From contig CM097885.1 in assembly GCA_044892525.1 (NCBI GenBank), positions 222,828,001 to 222,892,000 on the forward strand: DNA of 64,000 nucleotides, written 5' to 3'. The DNA is from Schmidtea polychroa. Taxonomy: Eukaryota. Made by a program: the position numbers and the translations under genes. Of the stretch, positions 8,661 through 20,877 are shown in pieces. Within the stretch, counting starts at the first letter, position 1. Every line of letters starts with the position of its first letter. The notes below the pieces were generated by a model. It had not been told where the DNA came from. It did not search any database and was given only the letters and a program-made list of their open reading frames with translations.

Positions 8661-10160
8661 ATGTCAAGAATTCTCAATGGGCTTAGTGGAAAGGATGCTG
8701 GCACAGAAACGATGGAAGGCACGATATTTGCAGCAATCAAAGCCGTTAATAATGTGACTGAATTACAAAACGAACAGAAAAAGGATAATCGACTTAAACA
8801 TTTCTTTGAACAAGCAATCACAGTCAGAAAAGAGAAAGATTTAAAGCAGATAATGAGTGAAAATCATAAATATATAATTCACGAAGGAATATTAAAATGC
8901 GTGAAAAACGACGAGATATTGATTATGATACCTGAAAAAGAGAGAGATTCACTATTGATGCAATATCATGATGGAGCCCTAGGAGGACATTTGTCCGCTA
9001 GAAAAACCTTATCAAGAGTGAAAATTAAATACTATTGGCCAATGATGGAAAAAGACGTAAAAGATTGGTGCAAAAATTGCAAGATATGTATAACTCGAAG
9101 AAATACAGGCAATAAAATTAAAGTACCTTTAAAACCAATGTCTGTTCCAACCGCACCAATGGAGATGACTGCAATGGACATTGTTGGACCGTTACCTGAA
9201 ACAATAAAAGGAAATAAATGCATTGTAGTATTTTGTGATTATTTGACAAGATGGCCTGAAGCTTACGACATACCAAATCAAAAGGCCGATACAATAGCAA
9301 AAATATTTGTAGAGAACATTATTTTCCGATATGGTACCCCAAAAACGTTATTAACTGATCAAGGTAAAAATTTCCAAAGCGAATTATTTAAATCAATCAC
9401 CGAGTTATTCGGAATTTGGAAGTTGAATACTTCGCCCTACCATCCACAAACCGATGGTTTAGTCGAGAGATTTAATGGCACATTGATAAATATGATTTCG
9501 TCGTATGTAAATAGCAAACAGAGAGATTGGGACGACTACATAAAGCCTTGTTTGTTTGCATATAGAAATGCTGTCAACCCAAGTATGGGAGAGACACCTT
9601 TTTATTTAATGTACTTAAGACGAAATAACATGCCGATAGATCTAAACTTCCAATCACCCGTTACTCAATATATGGAAGTGCCCGAGTATAACGCGATAAT
9701 GCAAGAGAGAGTGCAGTCTGTATGGACAAAAGCCGGATTAACAATAAAACACAATCAAGAGAAGTACAAAGAAGCCTACGATAAGAAAACACGACCTCAT
9801 GGAATTAAAATTGGAGATTTAGTGTATCTTAACAGACCAGAACCACTCAAAGGAATGTCTCCAAAGTTACAGAGACCATTTAAAGGGCCATATAAAGTGT
9901 GTGATACAACCGAAACAAATTTGAAATTATTACCGTTTAGGAGTAAAAAGCCAAATTCTATAATAGTTCATGCCAATCGTTGTAAATTGGTTCCGGAAAA
10001 TTACGAAAAAAGATATCCATTACGATCGAAACGGAATAAAGAGAAGGCGGATACAAAAATTCAACAAAAATTTACCAAAAACCCAGTTCCAATCAGTTAT
10101 CTTAACAGAGTGCTATTCACAACAGTTGTGCCAATGGTGATGACAAGTGTAAAAGGGTGA
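8661..10160 (+). CDS. Ty3/gypsy integrase (with upstream RNase H C-terminal remnant)
   Basis: RWSIAL*EYDFEIKYRAGKTNANADAMSR (RNase H end, from about 8580). HHCC zinc domain (HDGALGGH...CKNC), D-D-E core (MDIVGP, TDQG, VERFNGTL) and GPY motif. Uninterrupted for 499 aa. Confidence 0.92.
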   Translation: MSRILNGLSGKDAGTETMEGTIFAAIKAVNNVTELQNEQKKDNRLKHFFEQAITVRKEKDLKQIMSENHKYIIHEGILKCVKNDEILIMIPEKERDSLLMQYHDGALGGHLSARKTLSRVKIKYYWPMMEKDVKDWCKNCKICITRRNTGNKIKVPLKPMSVPTAPMEMTAMDIVGPLPETIKGNKCIVVFCDYLTRWPEAYDIPNQKADTIAKIFVENIIFRYGTPKTLLTDQGKNFQSELFKSITELFGIWKLNTSPYHPQTDGLVERFNGTLINMISSYVNSKQRDWDDYIKPCLFAYRNAVNPSMGETPFYLMYLRRNNMPIDLNFQSPVTQYMEVPEYNAIMQERVQSVWTKAGLTIKHNQEKYKEAYDKKTRPHGIKIGDLVYLNRPEPLKGMSPKLQRPFKGPYKVCDTTETNLKLLPFRSKKPNSIIVHANRCKLVPENYEKRYPLRSKRNKEKADTKIQQKFTKNPVPISYLNRVLFTTVVPMVMTSVKG

Positions 10161-11103
10161 GAATGGATTTACCATATGCGATCACAAAAATACTCTTATG
10201 GGACGAGATCGATATTTATTCCACGTTTACAAATATTATTTGGACTTATCAGTGCGAAATAATGGAGCAAATAGAAATTAACAACGTGTTAGATCCGTCC
10301 ACACCTTTCATTATTTTGAATTATGACAGAAATACGTATGCGGCACGAGAATTAAAAGTTAACTTCAAGTATCCATGGATCATATAAAGCAGAATGGATC
10401 AGATTCGCTTGAAAAGTTTAATAGTCAAATTCGAATTATAATACAAACTAACGAATTATGGAATACCGTGGAAATTGAGCCGATAATGAATGGTATAGAT
10501 GTGTATTGGATAGCCGTAGAAAGAGTAAAGGTGCAGGTCATATTTCAAAATTTTGTGGATATTCTAAACATGCGAAAGGCTTACACTCGGTATTACAATC
10601 TCAAAATGAATTCAAATCATACAATAACGGTTAATTACTACGAAAATGCGCTGTATGATAATGGCACAATAATGAAAAATAAATGGACATTGTTTCAAAC
10701 AGAGAATCAAATAATCCCCCTCAAGAATGTATCGAATCGTGTGATTCTTGGAGTTCAAAACGAGTCAAATCCCAGATGACGAAAGAGTGGTTGTCAGTAA
10801 TGGGAAAAAATCATCGTCTTGTTGGATGCCGGTAAAAGCTACTGAAATCTGATATAACCACCTCACGTCCAATTCCTACAAATCAATACCAAGTTAACAA
10901 TCGTGTAATAAAATAAGCGGACTCAAATTGAGATTGATTAAACTTTAACTATCTGTGAATATTTGATATACCTCATCCAGACAGCATTTCTCATATTATC
11001 TCTTGTGTTCATAATAATAACAATCATTCTGTGCAGAAATAGACAGCACACTGTGGGTGATTTACGACTCGAGTCTTTCAATGTGATCGAAACCACTGTA
11101 TAA
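10100..11103 (+). pseudogene. env-like type I membrane glycoprotein remnant
   Basis: Signal-like stretch VLFTTVVPMVMTSVKG. ORF 10375-10779 has five N-glycosylation sequons (NGS, NHT, NGT, NVS, NES). A 25-aa hydrophobic helix YLIYLIQTAFLILSLVFIIITIILC (about 10960-11034) is followed by RNR and a short tail ending at stop 11101-11103. Several frameshifts and stops. Confidence 0.6.
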
Positions 11104-11822
11104 AATTACTTTATAAAATTGCATGCGTGTAAATAAATCTTATAAAATCAGTATGATTATAGATTAATATCAACGTAGATTGGTTATTTTGTTTGGTCGG
11201 ACTTCGCTGTGGTGTGCTTGGCCTTGCGCGAAAAAGAGTGTTTAAGAAAACTTTATTTATATTTAACTTCAGGAACTCCAAGAGGAAGAGTCAATCAAAG
11301 AGTGTCGGAACTCGATGAAAAAAATGAAAAGAAAAATGAAAGCAATGGTGAGGAAAATTGACGACTTGGAACTATAGGATATGATTTGTAAAAGAAAGCT
11401 GGAAAGGATGGAAATTCTCTTGTTCCAATACTAAGCGGAAGTCAAAGCGGATGCAGATACAGGAAAATGAATGCCCAACCAATGAGGAAGGAGAGATGGA
11501 TGCGTTAGAATAATTTAATGATTAATAAAATTTACAATGTAAACCTCGCTTTTCGTCCTCGAAGTAGCGAAAGAGAAAGGCTAAACGATAATAACATTTA
11601 GATTAATAAAACTAAATTTTAAAAGAGAATAAATAAATAAAACAAAATTTATATATTAAAATATATATATTAAATAAAAAGTTAGTCCTCCAATAGGACA
11701 AAACTTTCAATGGCGGAGCAGAAATCCTCGTTTACACCCCGAGGGGGTCGCTTTTCGAACCTTTAAAATCTGTGGGACAAGTCCACACAGGCAAAGGTTC
11801 GTTTTAGACCCAAACAAGGTAG

Positions 11823-12100
11823 TGTGGGTACAGGAACCCTAAGTAAATCCTACAGTAATTTTAATTATATAGAAAGTAGACTAACCATATGAGGGGATTA
11901 AATTTTACTATTGAATCCTTAATTAAAGATAAAATTAAATTAAGTAAATAGATAGAAAAAATTAATTTCGGCATAAAACAAAAACAAAGTGAAAAGACAA
12001 GCAGCATAAGTAAAAAGATTAAAACTGCGAGAGAAAATTTATATTTATAAATAATACAAATAAAACCCAATGTTTTACAATAATTCTTTCATTTCTAGTT
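11823..12100 (+). repeat. Probable start of 3' LTR (end undefined)
   Basis: TGTGGGTA preceded by a weak purine tract (aaacaaggtag) and followed by A-rich U3-like sequence. No matching 5' LTR is in the window. Confidence 0.35.
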
Positions 12101-12670
12101 CTCGTAACGCGGTACTGTTAGTCAAAGCTGAAACACCTGCCTTTGATAATGATTTAGGATAAAATTATTATTTATTATTATGATTATTATTATTAATATT
12201 TATTATTATTATTTATTATTAATGTTATTATGAGTATTATTAAAATTATTATTAATATTATCGGTAAAGGTAGTTAATAAATAGCGATATCTGACTTGTT
12301 ATTTAAAATCGTAGAATAAATTTATTGAAATTAAAATAGGACAAAAAATTTTATTTTAATTTTTAACAGACCTGAGTAATGATAACGAATATTAATAGCA
12401 ATAATAATAGATGTTTAAAAATATATATATTTAGAATTGCGAGCAATAAGACGCATGAATACACATTGCGGTAACGAAAGATAAAATTAATCTCACTTGA
12501 GTTACATATAACAATAAAATTCCATTACAACAATTCACAAATTTTAAGATATTTTCCAAGAGTAAACAATATCATCATTATACTCAAATCTCGAACATCT
12601 TTATCTCTAATGCAATCGGTTTATAAGTACCACTGTGGGGTTGCAGCAGCGCAAATCTGAATTGATATAG

Positions 12671-12672
<2 letters not shown>

Positions 12673-12719
<47 letters not shown>
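12673..12719. repeat. (AT)n microsatellite
   Basis: Perfect AT dinucleotide run. Confidence 0.95.
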
Positions 12720-12721
<2 letters not shown>

Positions 12722-13304
12722 AAAAAAAGACAAATTCAGCAACCGCCTACCAACTAGGTACCAAGTACTTACAAACAACTAACAACACATAAAAATAATA
12801 ATTAGAAATTAAGACAACATAAAGATACAAAGTTTATTCTGCCTATAATAAGTTCTTCTTAATTCAGCAAGTAGGATATGTACTATTTATTTCTTCTTAT
12901 ATTCTTGACAACATAAACATTTAAAAAGATAAATTAACTTTACAGGATCTTTACAGACCACACCATATTCATGATATTTCAATCGATTCTTGTGCACGTT
13001 CGTAGTACATACGAGTAATTTTCCCGATATTGATTCCTGCCAACTGCTTTATTCTATAAAAGCTCTGGATCTTGAAAGTGTTCTATTGGTTCAGTCATCT
13101 GTTTCAGAGCTGATGCCCAACCCAATCTCTTTGGATGTTTCATCAAGGTTGTTAGACAGTTTTTTAAAATTCATAATAATAATAATTGTTTATTTTACGC
13201 TATATAGTTATATTTCATATGCAATACTTAATGTAGATGATCTATTTAAATTGGTTTTATTTTATTTTTCCAAATTGAACAGATCTTTTGAAAGGAATAG
13301 AGTA

Positions 13305-15924
13305 CACCTAATTCTGTTTTTACGCGAATTTGATTTAACGCGATTCAAAAAAATTCATTGTTTAACAAGAAAAAACATGTATGTACATGTTTTATGGTAA
13401 AAAAAGAAAATTGTGCGAAATGTTATGTTTGTTTAAAGTGAGCAATACAAAATTAAAAAAAAGAATAAAATATTTTTATAGTTCGTTAATTCTTTATAGT
13501 TTACTGCTAATTTGTAGTTTAGGTTTAAAACAATTTCTATTTTAATGTATGTACAATAATCAAAATTCTGAGGTGAGAAAACTAAAATATTTACATTCAC
13601 ATGTACCTTTATTTTTCTAAAACATTTGAATTTTTTAAGTTATTCGATAATAGGTGTTATAATAGGTGTTTTAGTATAAAATACCAATCCAAATTTGGTA
13701 TCAATTGCGTTTGAAGATTTTACCAAGAGATTTATACAATTCCTGAATTCAATTAACGGTAATTTATAATTTGAAGTGCATTTATTTATTACCTGCAAAT
13801 AAATTTTTTTATAGGGACCTCATTACAATTAACAATGTCAGCTAAAAAACAAACGAATAGAAAAGCTATTTCTTTGGAAGTTAAAATCAAAATTTTGGAT
13901 AGACTAGCCACTGGAGAAGGTGCCACTTCTGTAGGAAAATATTTTAATTTAAAAGAATCTACCATAAGAACAATAAAAAAAATGAAGAAGCTATCAGAAA
14001 ATCTGTGATTGCTGGAACAAATATGAGTGCTCATACATCATCATACACAAGAGACATAGTAAAAGAGAAAATGGAGAAGGCTCTTGTAATATGGATGGAG
14101 GATTCCTCACAAAAACGAATACCAGTTGACGGAAATGGCATAAAGCAGATGGCATTACGGATCTATAAGCAGATGAAAGAAATGGAACCACAAACATCAG
14201 GCCAGAGAGATAAAAAATTTGAATTTTCTGCAAGTACAGGTTGGATGACAGGTTATCTGCAAAGGCACACGCTGCATAATATAAAAATTAGGGGTGAAAT
14301 TGCATCTGCAGATGAGGTAGCAGCCAAAGAATTTCCCCAAAAATTGGCTAAAATAATTGAAGAAGGTGGCTACACTGCTGATCAGGTATGGAATGCAGAT
14401 GAAACCGGCCTTTTCTGGAAACGAATGCCGAGCAGAACATACGTAGCTAAATCCCAAAAAATTGCAAGTGGGTTTAAAGTAGCCAAGGATCGTGTGACCT
14501 TTTTATTTTGTTCTAACGTTTCAGGAGATCGAATGCTAAAACCTTTACTTGTAAATCGAGCTCTAAAACCACGGTCAATGAAAGGTGTAAATTTTAGTAC
14601 ATTGCCAGTTCACTGGAAAGCTAATAAAAAAGCTTGGGTGACAACTGAGACATTTAAGGAGTGGTTCCTCAAAAGTTTTGTCCCAGAAGTTCGCCGCTAT
14701 ATGAGCGATAAAGGTTTTGAATTCAAGGTTCTGTTGATTATAGACAACGCACCAGGTCATCCCCATATGGAGCATCCAAATGTCGAATTTTGTATTTTCC
14801 ACCCAATACTACTTCGTTGATACAACCACTGGATCAAGGAATTATAGCAACCTTTAAAACCTATTATGTTAAGTAAACATTCCGGTATATTTTAGATCAA
14901 TTAATGAATGATGACAATTTAAAAGTTATGGACGCGTGGAAGAAATTTTCTATTAATGACTGCATCAAACATGCTGGATTAGCGCTATCCGAACTAAAAC
15001 CATCAACTTTAAACGCATGTTGGAAGTCCCTTTGGCCGGAATGCGTCAAAAATAAAAATCCGATACCTTCTAATGCAGTCGAGTTTAGCAATATCATAGC
15101 CTTAGCTCATGAAGTAGGCGGAGAAGGTTTTGATTATCTATCGTCTGCAGATATAGAAGAACTAATAGTGGATACGGTACTTAGCAGTGATGAAATCATT
15201 GCTTTTGCGCTTGAGACACCCGATGTGCAAGAAATTAGCAAAGATAACGACGTAGAGGTTCCTACCCTCACCGCAGATCTAATTAAAGAAGGACTTCAAC
15301 TAGCAGCTAAATTAAGCGATCATTTTGGCAAGCATGATCCTATTGAGGAAAGAGCTCGGAAATTTCAACGTGACGTGAAATTATTAATGGGAAATTATCG
15401 CAAATTACATAACAGCATTATCAAACCCAGACCACAACAATTGATTACTGAATTTTTGACTAAAACCACTAAAACATCAACACCACTTCAACATGAAAAT
15501 GAAGTGGAAAATATTTCTAGTGATGACAGTGATTGTGGCGTTCAAGTCTCACGTAAACGAATACGTATATCATCAGGAAGTGACAGCAATTAAAAAATAT
15601 GTTTAATGATATATTTTGCCACTTTTTGATTTACTAAAATGAATTTTTTGTGATTTTTTTGTTAAATAATGAATTTTTTTTGTTAAATTAGTATTTTCTT
15701 TCGTTTGTCGTTATTTTATTCATAAATATATATTTAAATAAATAAAAAGTGTATAAAACACGTAAAAACCATGAATTTGTATACTTTAATCACATTATTT
15801 TAGTTGATTTTGGAAATGAAGAACCAATCCTCTACTTTTATATGGACACCATATCTTTTTTTACGCGATTTTTTTACGCGTATTTTCGGGGAACGTATCT
15901 ATCGCGTAAAAACAGAATTAGGTG
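13305..15924 (+). mobile_element. Full-length pogo/Tigger DNA transposon (2620 bp)
   Basis: Perfect 22-bp TIRs CACCTAATTCTGTTTTTACGCG (13305-13326 and 15903-15924). TA TSD on both sides. Confidence 0.95.
13835..15593 (+). pseudogene. Tigger transposase (CENP-B HTH + DDE_1), disrupted
   Basis: MSAKKQTNRKAISLEVKIKIL HTH. DDD motifs WNADETG, IIDNAPGH and IQPLDQG. Frameshifts at the A8 run (about 13975-13982) and near 14800, and an in-frame stop at 14874-14876. Confidence 0.92.
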
Positions 15925-16132
15925 TATTTATTAACAATTAGTACCGTTAACCGTTTTATTAAGATTTCTCATATGAAAGGATTATTCAGTTATTCATTAT
16001 TTCCTTATTTCATATTTATATTCTCTTCCGTTAATTGCTACCGAAATATTTTTTGAATATTTAAATTTCGGAAATGAAAATATTTTTAAATTGTTTGAAT
16101 TAACATATTAATGTATTATATTTATTAACTAA

Positions 16133-18615
16133 ATGAATTCAAACAAACAATTAATGAACTCTGAAATTTCCGAAGCTTTCAAAAGAAATTTGAAATACGA
16201 TCTAGTAAAAGATCATTCAACAGCAACTTCAAGGCATCATTATAACGCCCTCGCTCAAACGGTTTGGGAACAAATTTGTAGTCGATGGATCAAAACTGAG
16301 GAACTTTATAACAAAAACGATCCAAAAGTAAATTCAATTTTCATTAAAATATTAAATTAATATTATTATTTTAGCGAGTTTATTATTTATCTCTGGAATT
16401 TTACATGGGCAGAACATTGAGTAACACAATGATGAATATTGATTTACAAGAAGAAGTTAAACAAAATCTCTATGAAATGGGTCTCGAAATCGAAGAATTA
16501 GAAGAGATTGAAGATGATGCTGGACTTGGAAATGGAGGTCTTGGACGTCTAGCAGCATGCTTTCTAGATTCCATGGCGACTTTAGGAATTGCTGCTTGCG
16601 GATATGGAATCCGTTATGACTATGGAATATTTCAACAGGTTTTCCATGATGGATGGCAAATTGAAAAGCCTGATGATTGGTTGAAGCATGGTAATGTTTG
16701 GGAAAAAATCCGATCCCAATATAGTCACGAAATCAAATTCTATGGACACTGCCAAAATACCGAAGATGGAAATAATCGTTGGGTTGACACAGAATCTGTA
16801 CTGGCAATACCATATGATACACCGATACCTGGATATAAAAATGACATCTGTAATACTTTACGCTTGTGGTCAAGCAAACCAGTTAATAATTTCGATTTTC
16901 AATCATTTAATTCTGGAAATTACTTAAATGCAGTCCATGAAAGAAATAACGCAGAAAACATTTCACGTGTTTTGTATCCAAATGATAACTGTGAAGGTGG
17001 AAAAATACTGAGATTGAAACAAGAATATTTTGTTGTCGCAGCAAGTTTGCAAGACATTATTCGACAATATAGAGAATCAGGACCTCGTTCAGGTTTTGAT
17101 GAATTTCCTAATAAAGTTGCAATACAACTCAATGATACTCATCCTAGTATTGCTATTCCCGAATTGATGCGTATACTAGTTGATTTGGAAGGTTTGGATT
17201 GGGATAAAGCCTGGGATATTTGTACTCGAACATTTGCCTATACAAATCATACAATTTTACCAGAAGCTCTTGAAAGATGGTCAGTTTCATTACTAGAGTT
17301 TCTTTTACCTAGACATTTACAAATTATCTATCTCATCAACCATTTCTTTATGTTATCGGTTAAAGAAAGATATCCCCATGATAATGACCGCTTACGACGA
17401 ATGTCAATAATTGAAGAGGGAGATGAAAAGAAAGTGAATATGGCCCATCTCTGTATTGTTGGATCACACGCAGTCAATGGCGTTGCTGCGATACATTCCA
17501 AGATTATTAAAGGCGATACATTTAGAGACTTTTCTGATTTTTGGCCTGAACGGTTCCAAAACAAAACTAATGGAATAACTCCACGTCGGTGGTTATTGTT
17601 ATGCAATCCAGATCTTTCCAATTACATCAGTCAGAATATTGGAAGATCATGGATAAACAACTTGAATGATTTGTCAGATTTGAAACGGTTCTGCGATGAT
17701 GCAAATGTGCTTGAGTCAATCATGCAAATCAAATATGAAAACAAAGTAAAATTTGCAAATTACATTGAGAAAAACATGAACATCAAAATTAATCCCAATA
17801 CAATGTTCGACTTTCAAGTGAAACGGATCCATGAATATAAACGTCAATTGTTAAATTGTTTATATGTGATTGTGCTATACAACCGATTGAAAAAGAATCC
17901 TCATTTGGAAATCACTCCAAGAACTGTCATGTTTGGAGGAAAAGCTGCTCCTGGGTATCACATGGCCAAATTGATAATCAAACTTATCAATCAAGTCGCA
18001 TCTACCATTAATCAAGATCCAATCATCAGTGAAAAGCTAAAACTTGTATTTCTTGAAAACTATCGAGTATCAATGGCAGAGAAGATCTTTCCTGCTGCAG
18101 ATCTTAGTCAACAAATATCCACAGCAGGTACGGAGGCATCTGGAACTGGGAACATGAAATTTATGTTAAATGGAGCTTTGACAATTGGTACAATGGATGG
18201 AGCTAATGTCGAAATGTGTGAAGAGATGGGTAAAGAAAATATGTTTATATTTGGAATGTTAGTAGACGAAGTCAACTCACTCAAACCAAGATATAATTCC
18301 ATGGAATTTATTGGGAGAAACGAAGAACTCAATTTATGTTTAAACCAAATTCGTGATGGCCGTTTTTCACCTAATCAACCACATTTATTTCACGATATCT
18401 ACAATTCTTTAGTTTACCATGATAGATTTATGTTGTGCGCTGACTTTGAAGATTATGTCAAAGTACAGGATGAAGTTGGAAAGATGTATCAAAATAAAAG
18501 ACAATGGGCTAAAATGGCTTTATTAAACATTGCATCCAGTGGAAAGTTTTCATCTGATAGAACAATTTCTGAATATGCACGAGACATTTGGAATAGTAAA
18601 CAGAACATTTATTAA
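16133..18615 (+). CDS. PYG: Glycogen phosphorylase, 2 exons (16133-16327, 16375-18615), about 811 aa
   Basis: A 47-bp GT-AG intron joins NDPK to [13 protein letters not shown]. Motifs [27 protein letters not shown]-lysine [10 protein letters not shown] and C-terminal [17 protein letters not shown] are present. Confidence 0.97.
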
Positions 18616-19099
18616 ATTTCAATGTAAAATTCACCCATGCGATTTTGTTAAGTTAATATATTTTTATCTTTATTTCTTGTATTTTAAGGATTTTCAAGTA
18701 CATTGTACATTTTACATATTTCTTGCATAATTTCAGCTTATAAATTCAACTAATTTTTAAAAACCTTAATTTCAGTCATAAGTTTATTTATTACAATTTT
18801 CCTATTCTAATAAAAGTGCCAACAATCGATTATTAAAACAATATTAATAATTAAATATGATAACAATTGAAAAAACAATAGATGTTAACACACGTTCAAA
18901 GCAATACAATTTAAAAGTAATATTGGAAATATAAATTAACATTTTATATTTGTAATTTTATATATTCACTATATGAAATTTCATAAATCCATTATTAATT
19001 TTTATAATTGTAAAGCTTTTACGATTTAATAAAACTCATTTAATAAAAATGCAAAACTCTGAATATCACCCACGGGATTAATGAAAGAACATTGTTTAA

Positions 19100-19344
19100 C
19101 CCTACACTGCATGACTTTTTATATTACATTTTATATATACTTTCACTTAAACTGTAAGACGTTTTAAAAATTGATTTGGTAATACAAAACTATTGAGAAT
19201 TACATTACGGTTTTTTTGTATTATATTGCAAATATAGCCAATACAATGTAATATGAGAGAACATTTACCGAGAACAAGTGCGAGACAGTTTTTATTCTAA
19301 TAAGATAATTGTGTATCACCAGTGATGCAATATGCAGTGTAGGG
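19100..19344. mobile_element. piggyBac-like MITE (245 bp)
   Basis: 13-bp perfect TIR CCCTACACTGCAT and TTAA on both flanks. Confidence 0.85.
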
Positions 19345-20116
19345 TTAATATTTCAAAGAATAATTTTTTCAAACTTTATAACTGTTCAACAAAAATACTT
19401 TATATAAACTAATATATATAACATTTTCCACCTGTATAACTGTAAATTCGATATTTAATTTAATTTTCAATTTCTTTAATCATCATTTCTTTTCAAATTA
19501 TCGATAAATATTTTGATTTATATTTAACATGAGTTGGTGCTGAAAAATATGTTAAAAATAAAAAAATGTTGATCTACAGTGTAAAGAATTGACGAAAGCG
19601 GCAATTGAAATTGATAATAGATAATTGATGAAAAAGATAAAATATTTTACTGATATTTCATTTTATATAAGTTGCTATCATAAAAGTACAACTGTTGAAT
19701 TTATGACCAGCTTGATCAACGCTTATTAAAATCAGAAATTATCTATAACAGGTCTGCCATCACCAGCAGATTTATAATTAAAATTTTCGATTTGATGGTA
19801 AACATTTGATTTGGTAAGTTTATTTTTATTTTGAATTTTGTAAAAGATATTTGTTAAAATTTCTATGAATTTACGACACGTTTTAATTAATTATTTTCAT
19901 ATATTAATATTATTTTCAAAGATCAATAATATATTTTTTCGTTGTTGATAGATCTTCATTTTCAATATTTTTCATTTTCATTTTAGACTATAAATCAATA
20001 TTTTTATTTAACAAGAATTTTCACCAGTCTTTTTCAATTGTTTGAACATAATTCTGTTTTTAAATATTTTAATGTAAATATATCCTCAATATAAAATTGT
20101 TTTTAATCATTAAATT

Positions 20117-20119
<3 letters not shown>

Positions 20120-20192
<73 letters not shown>
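20120..20192. repeat. (AT)n microsatellite
   Basis: Perfect AT run, abutting the truncated end of a hAT element. Confidence 0.95.
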
Positions 20193-20193
<1 letters not shown>

Positions 20194-20877
20194 CCAGGAA
20201 TTCAGTTTGGGAGGGGGCAAAATTAATAAATATTACAATTTATCGAGCAATGTTAAAACTTGACACGTAAAAATAGAAAAAAATATTTTAAGATAATTAA
20301 CAAATTTATTATTAATTACTAACAATGTATATTACATAGAATATATTACAATATCATATTAATTCGTCTTTGTCCCTTCATTAATTCAGAAAGTATTTCA
20401 TCCGGACTTATTTTAGATTTCTTGATGAATATATAACAAAGCCAAACCGTTTAATCTTTTTTTCATCCATGGTATTTGTTAAATATGACTTCAGGTATTT
20501 AAGTGATGAAAAAGAACGCTCTGCTGTACAAGTTGATACCGGCAAAGTAGCAAATCTTCTTTTGTCATAGACCCATTGCTAATGTATCTACAGCAATAGT
20601 CAGTCTGATTTTAATTTCTTCAAATTTTTTGTACCACAGTTTAAATATATATTCAAGAGTTTTTTTGTTACAATCAACATCTTTTTGATAGAAATCAATT
20701 AGGTTATCAAAATTTTGAAATTCTTCGTTCATTTTCTTTATTTTTTTATTCTCATACAATTCTCATAACAAAACCAAAATAAAGGTTTTATTAAAATATT
20801 TCATCCATAATTTATATTTGATAATCTATAATTTATTTGGGGGGGGGGCGAATGCCCCCTCCCTAGCTACATCCTTG
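20191..20877 (-). mobile_element. hAT internal-deletion derivative with transposase dimerisation-domain remnant
   Basis: Minus strand reads FATLPVSTCTAERSFSSLKYLKSYLTNTMDEK/RLNGLALLYIHQEI. The right end is CAAGGATGTAGCTAGG-type; the left end (TAGCCAGG) is truncated by (AT)n. Confidence 0.8.

Larger units (their letters stand above)
6294..11830 (+). mobile_element. Decayed, 5'-truncated Ty3/gypsy LTR retroelement (gag-Ubl-Ubl-PR-[RT deleted]-RH end-INT-env-like)
   Basis: Gag capsid-like segment, three CCHC knuckles, protease motif, RNase H C-terminus, full integrase, env-like remnant and a probable 3' LTR start at 11823. Confidence 0.85.

Noticed and set aside
12960-13400. ORF 12990-13400 and its antisense reading
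   Set aside because: It starts at GTG, runs into the Tigger TIR, and has stops in the more coding-like antisense frames.
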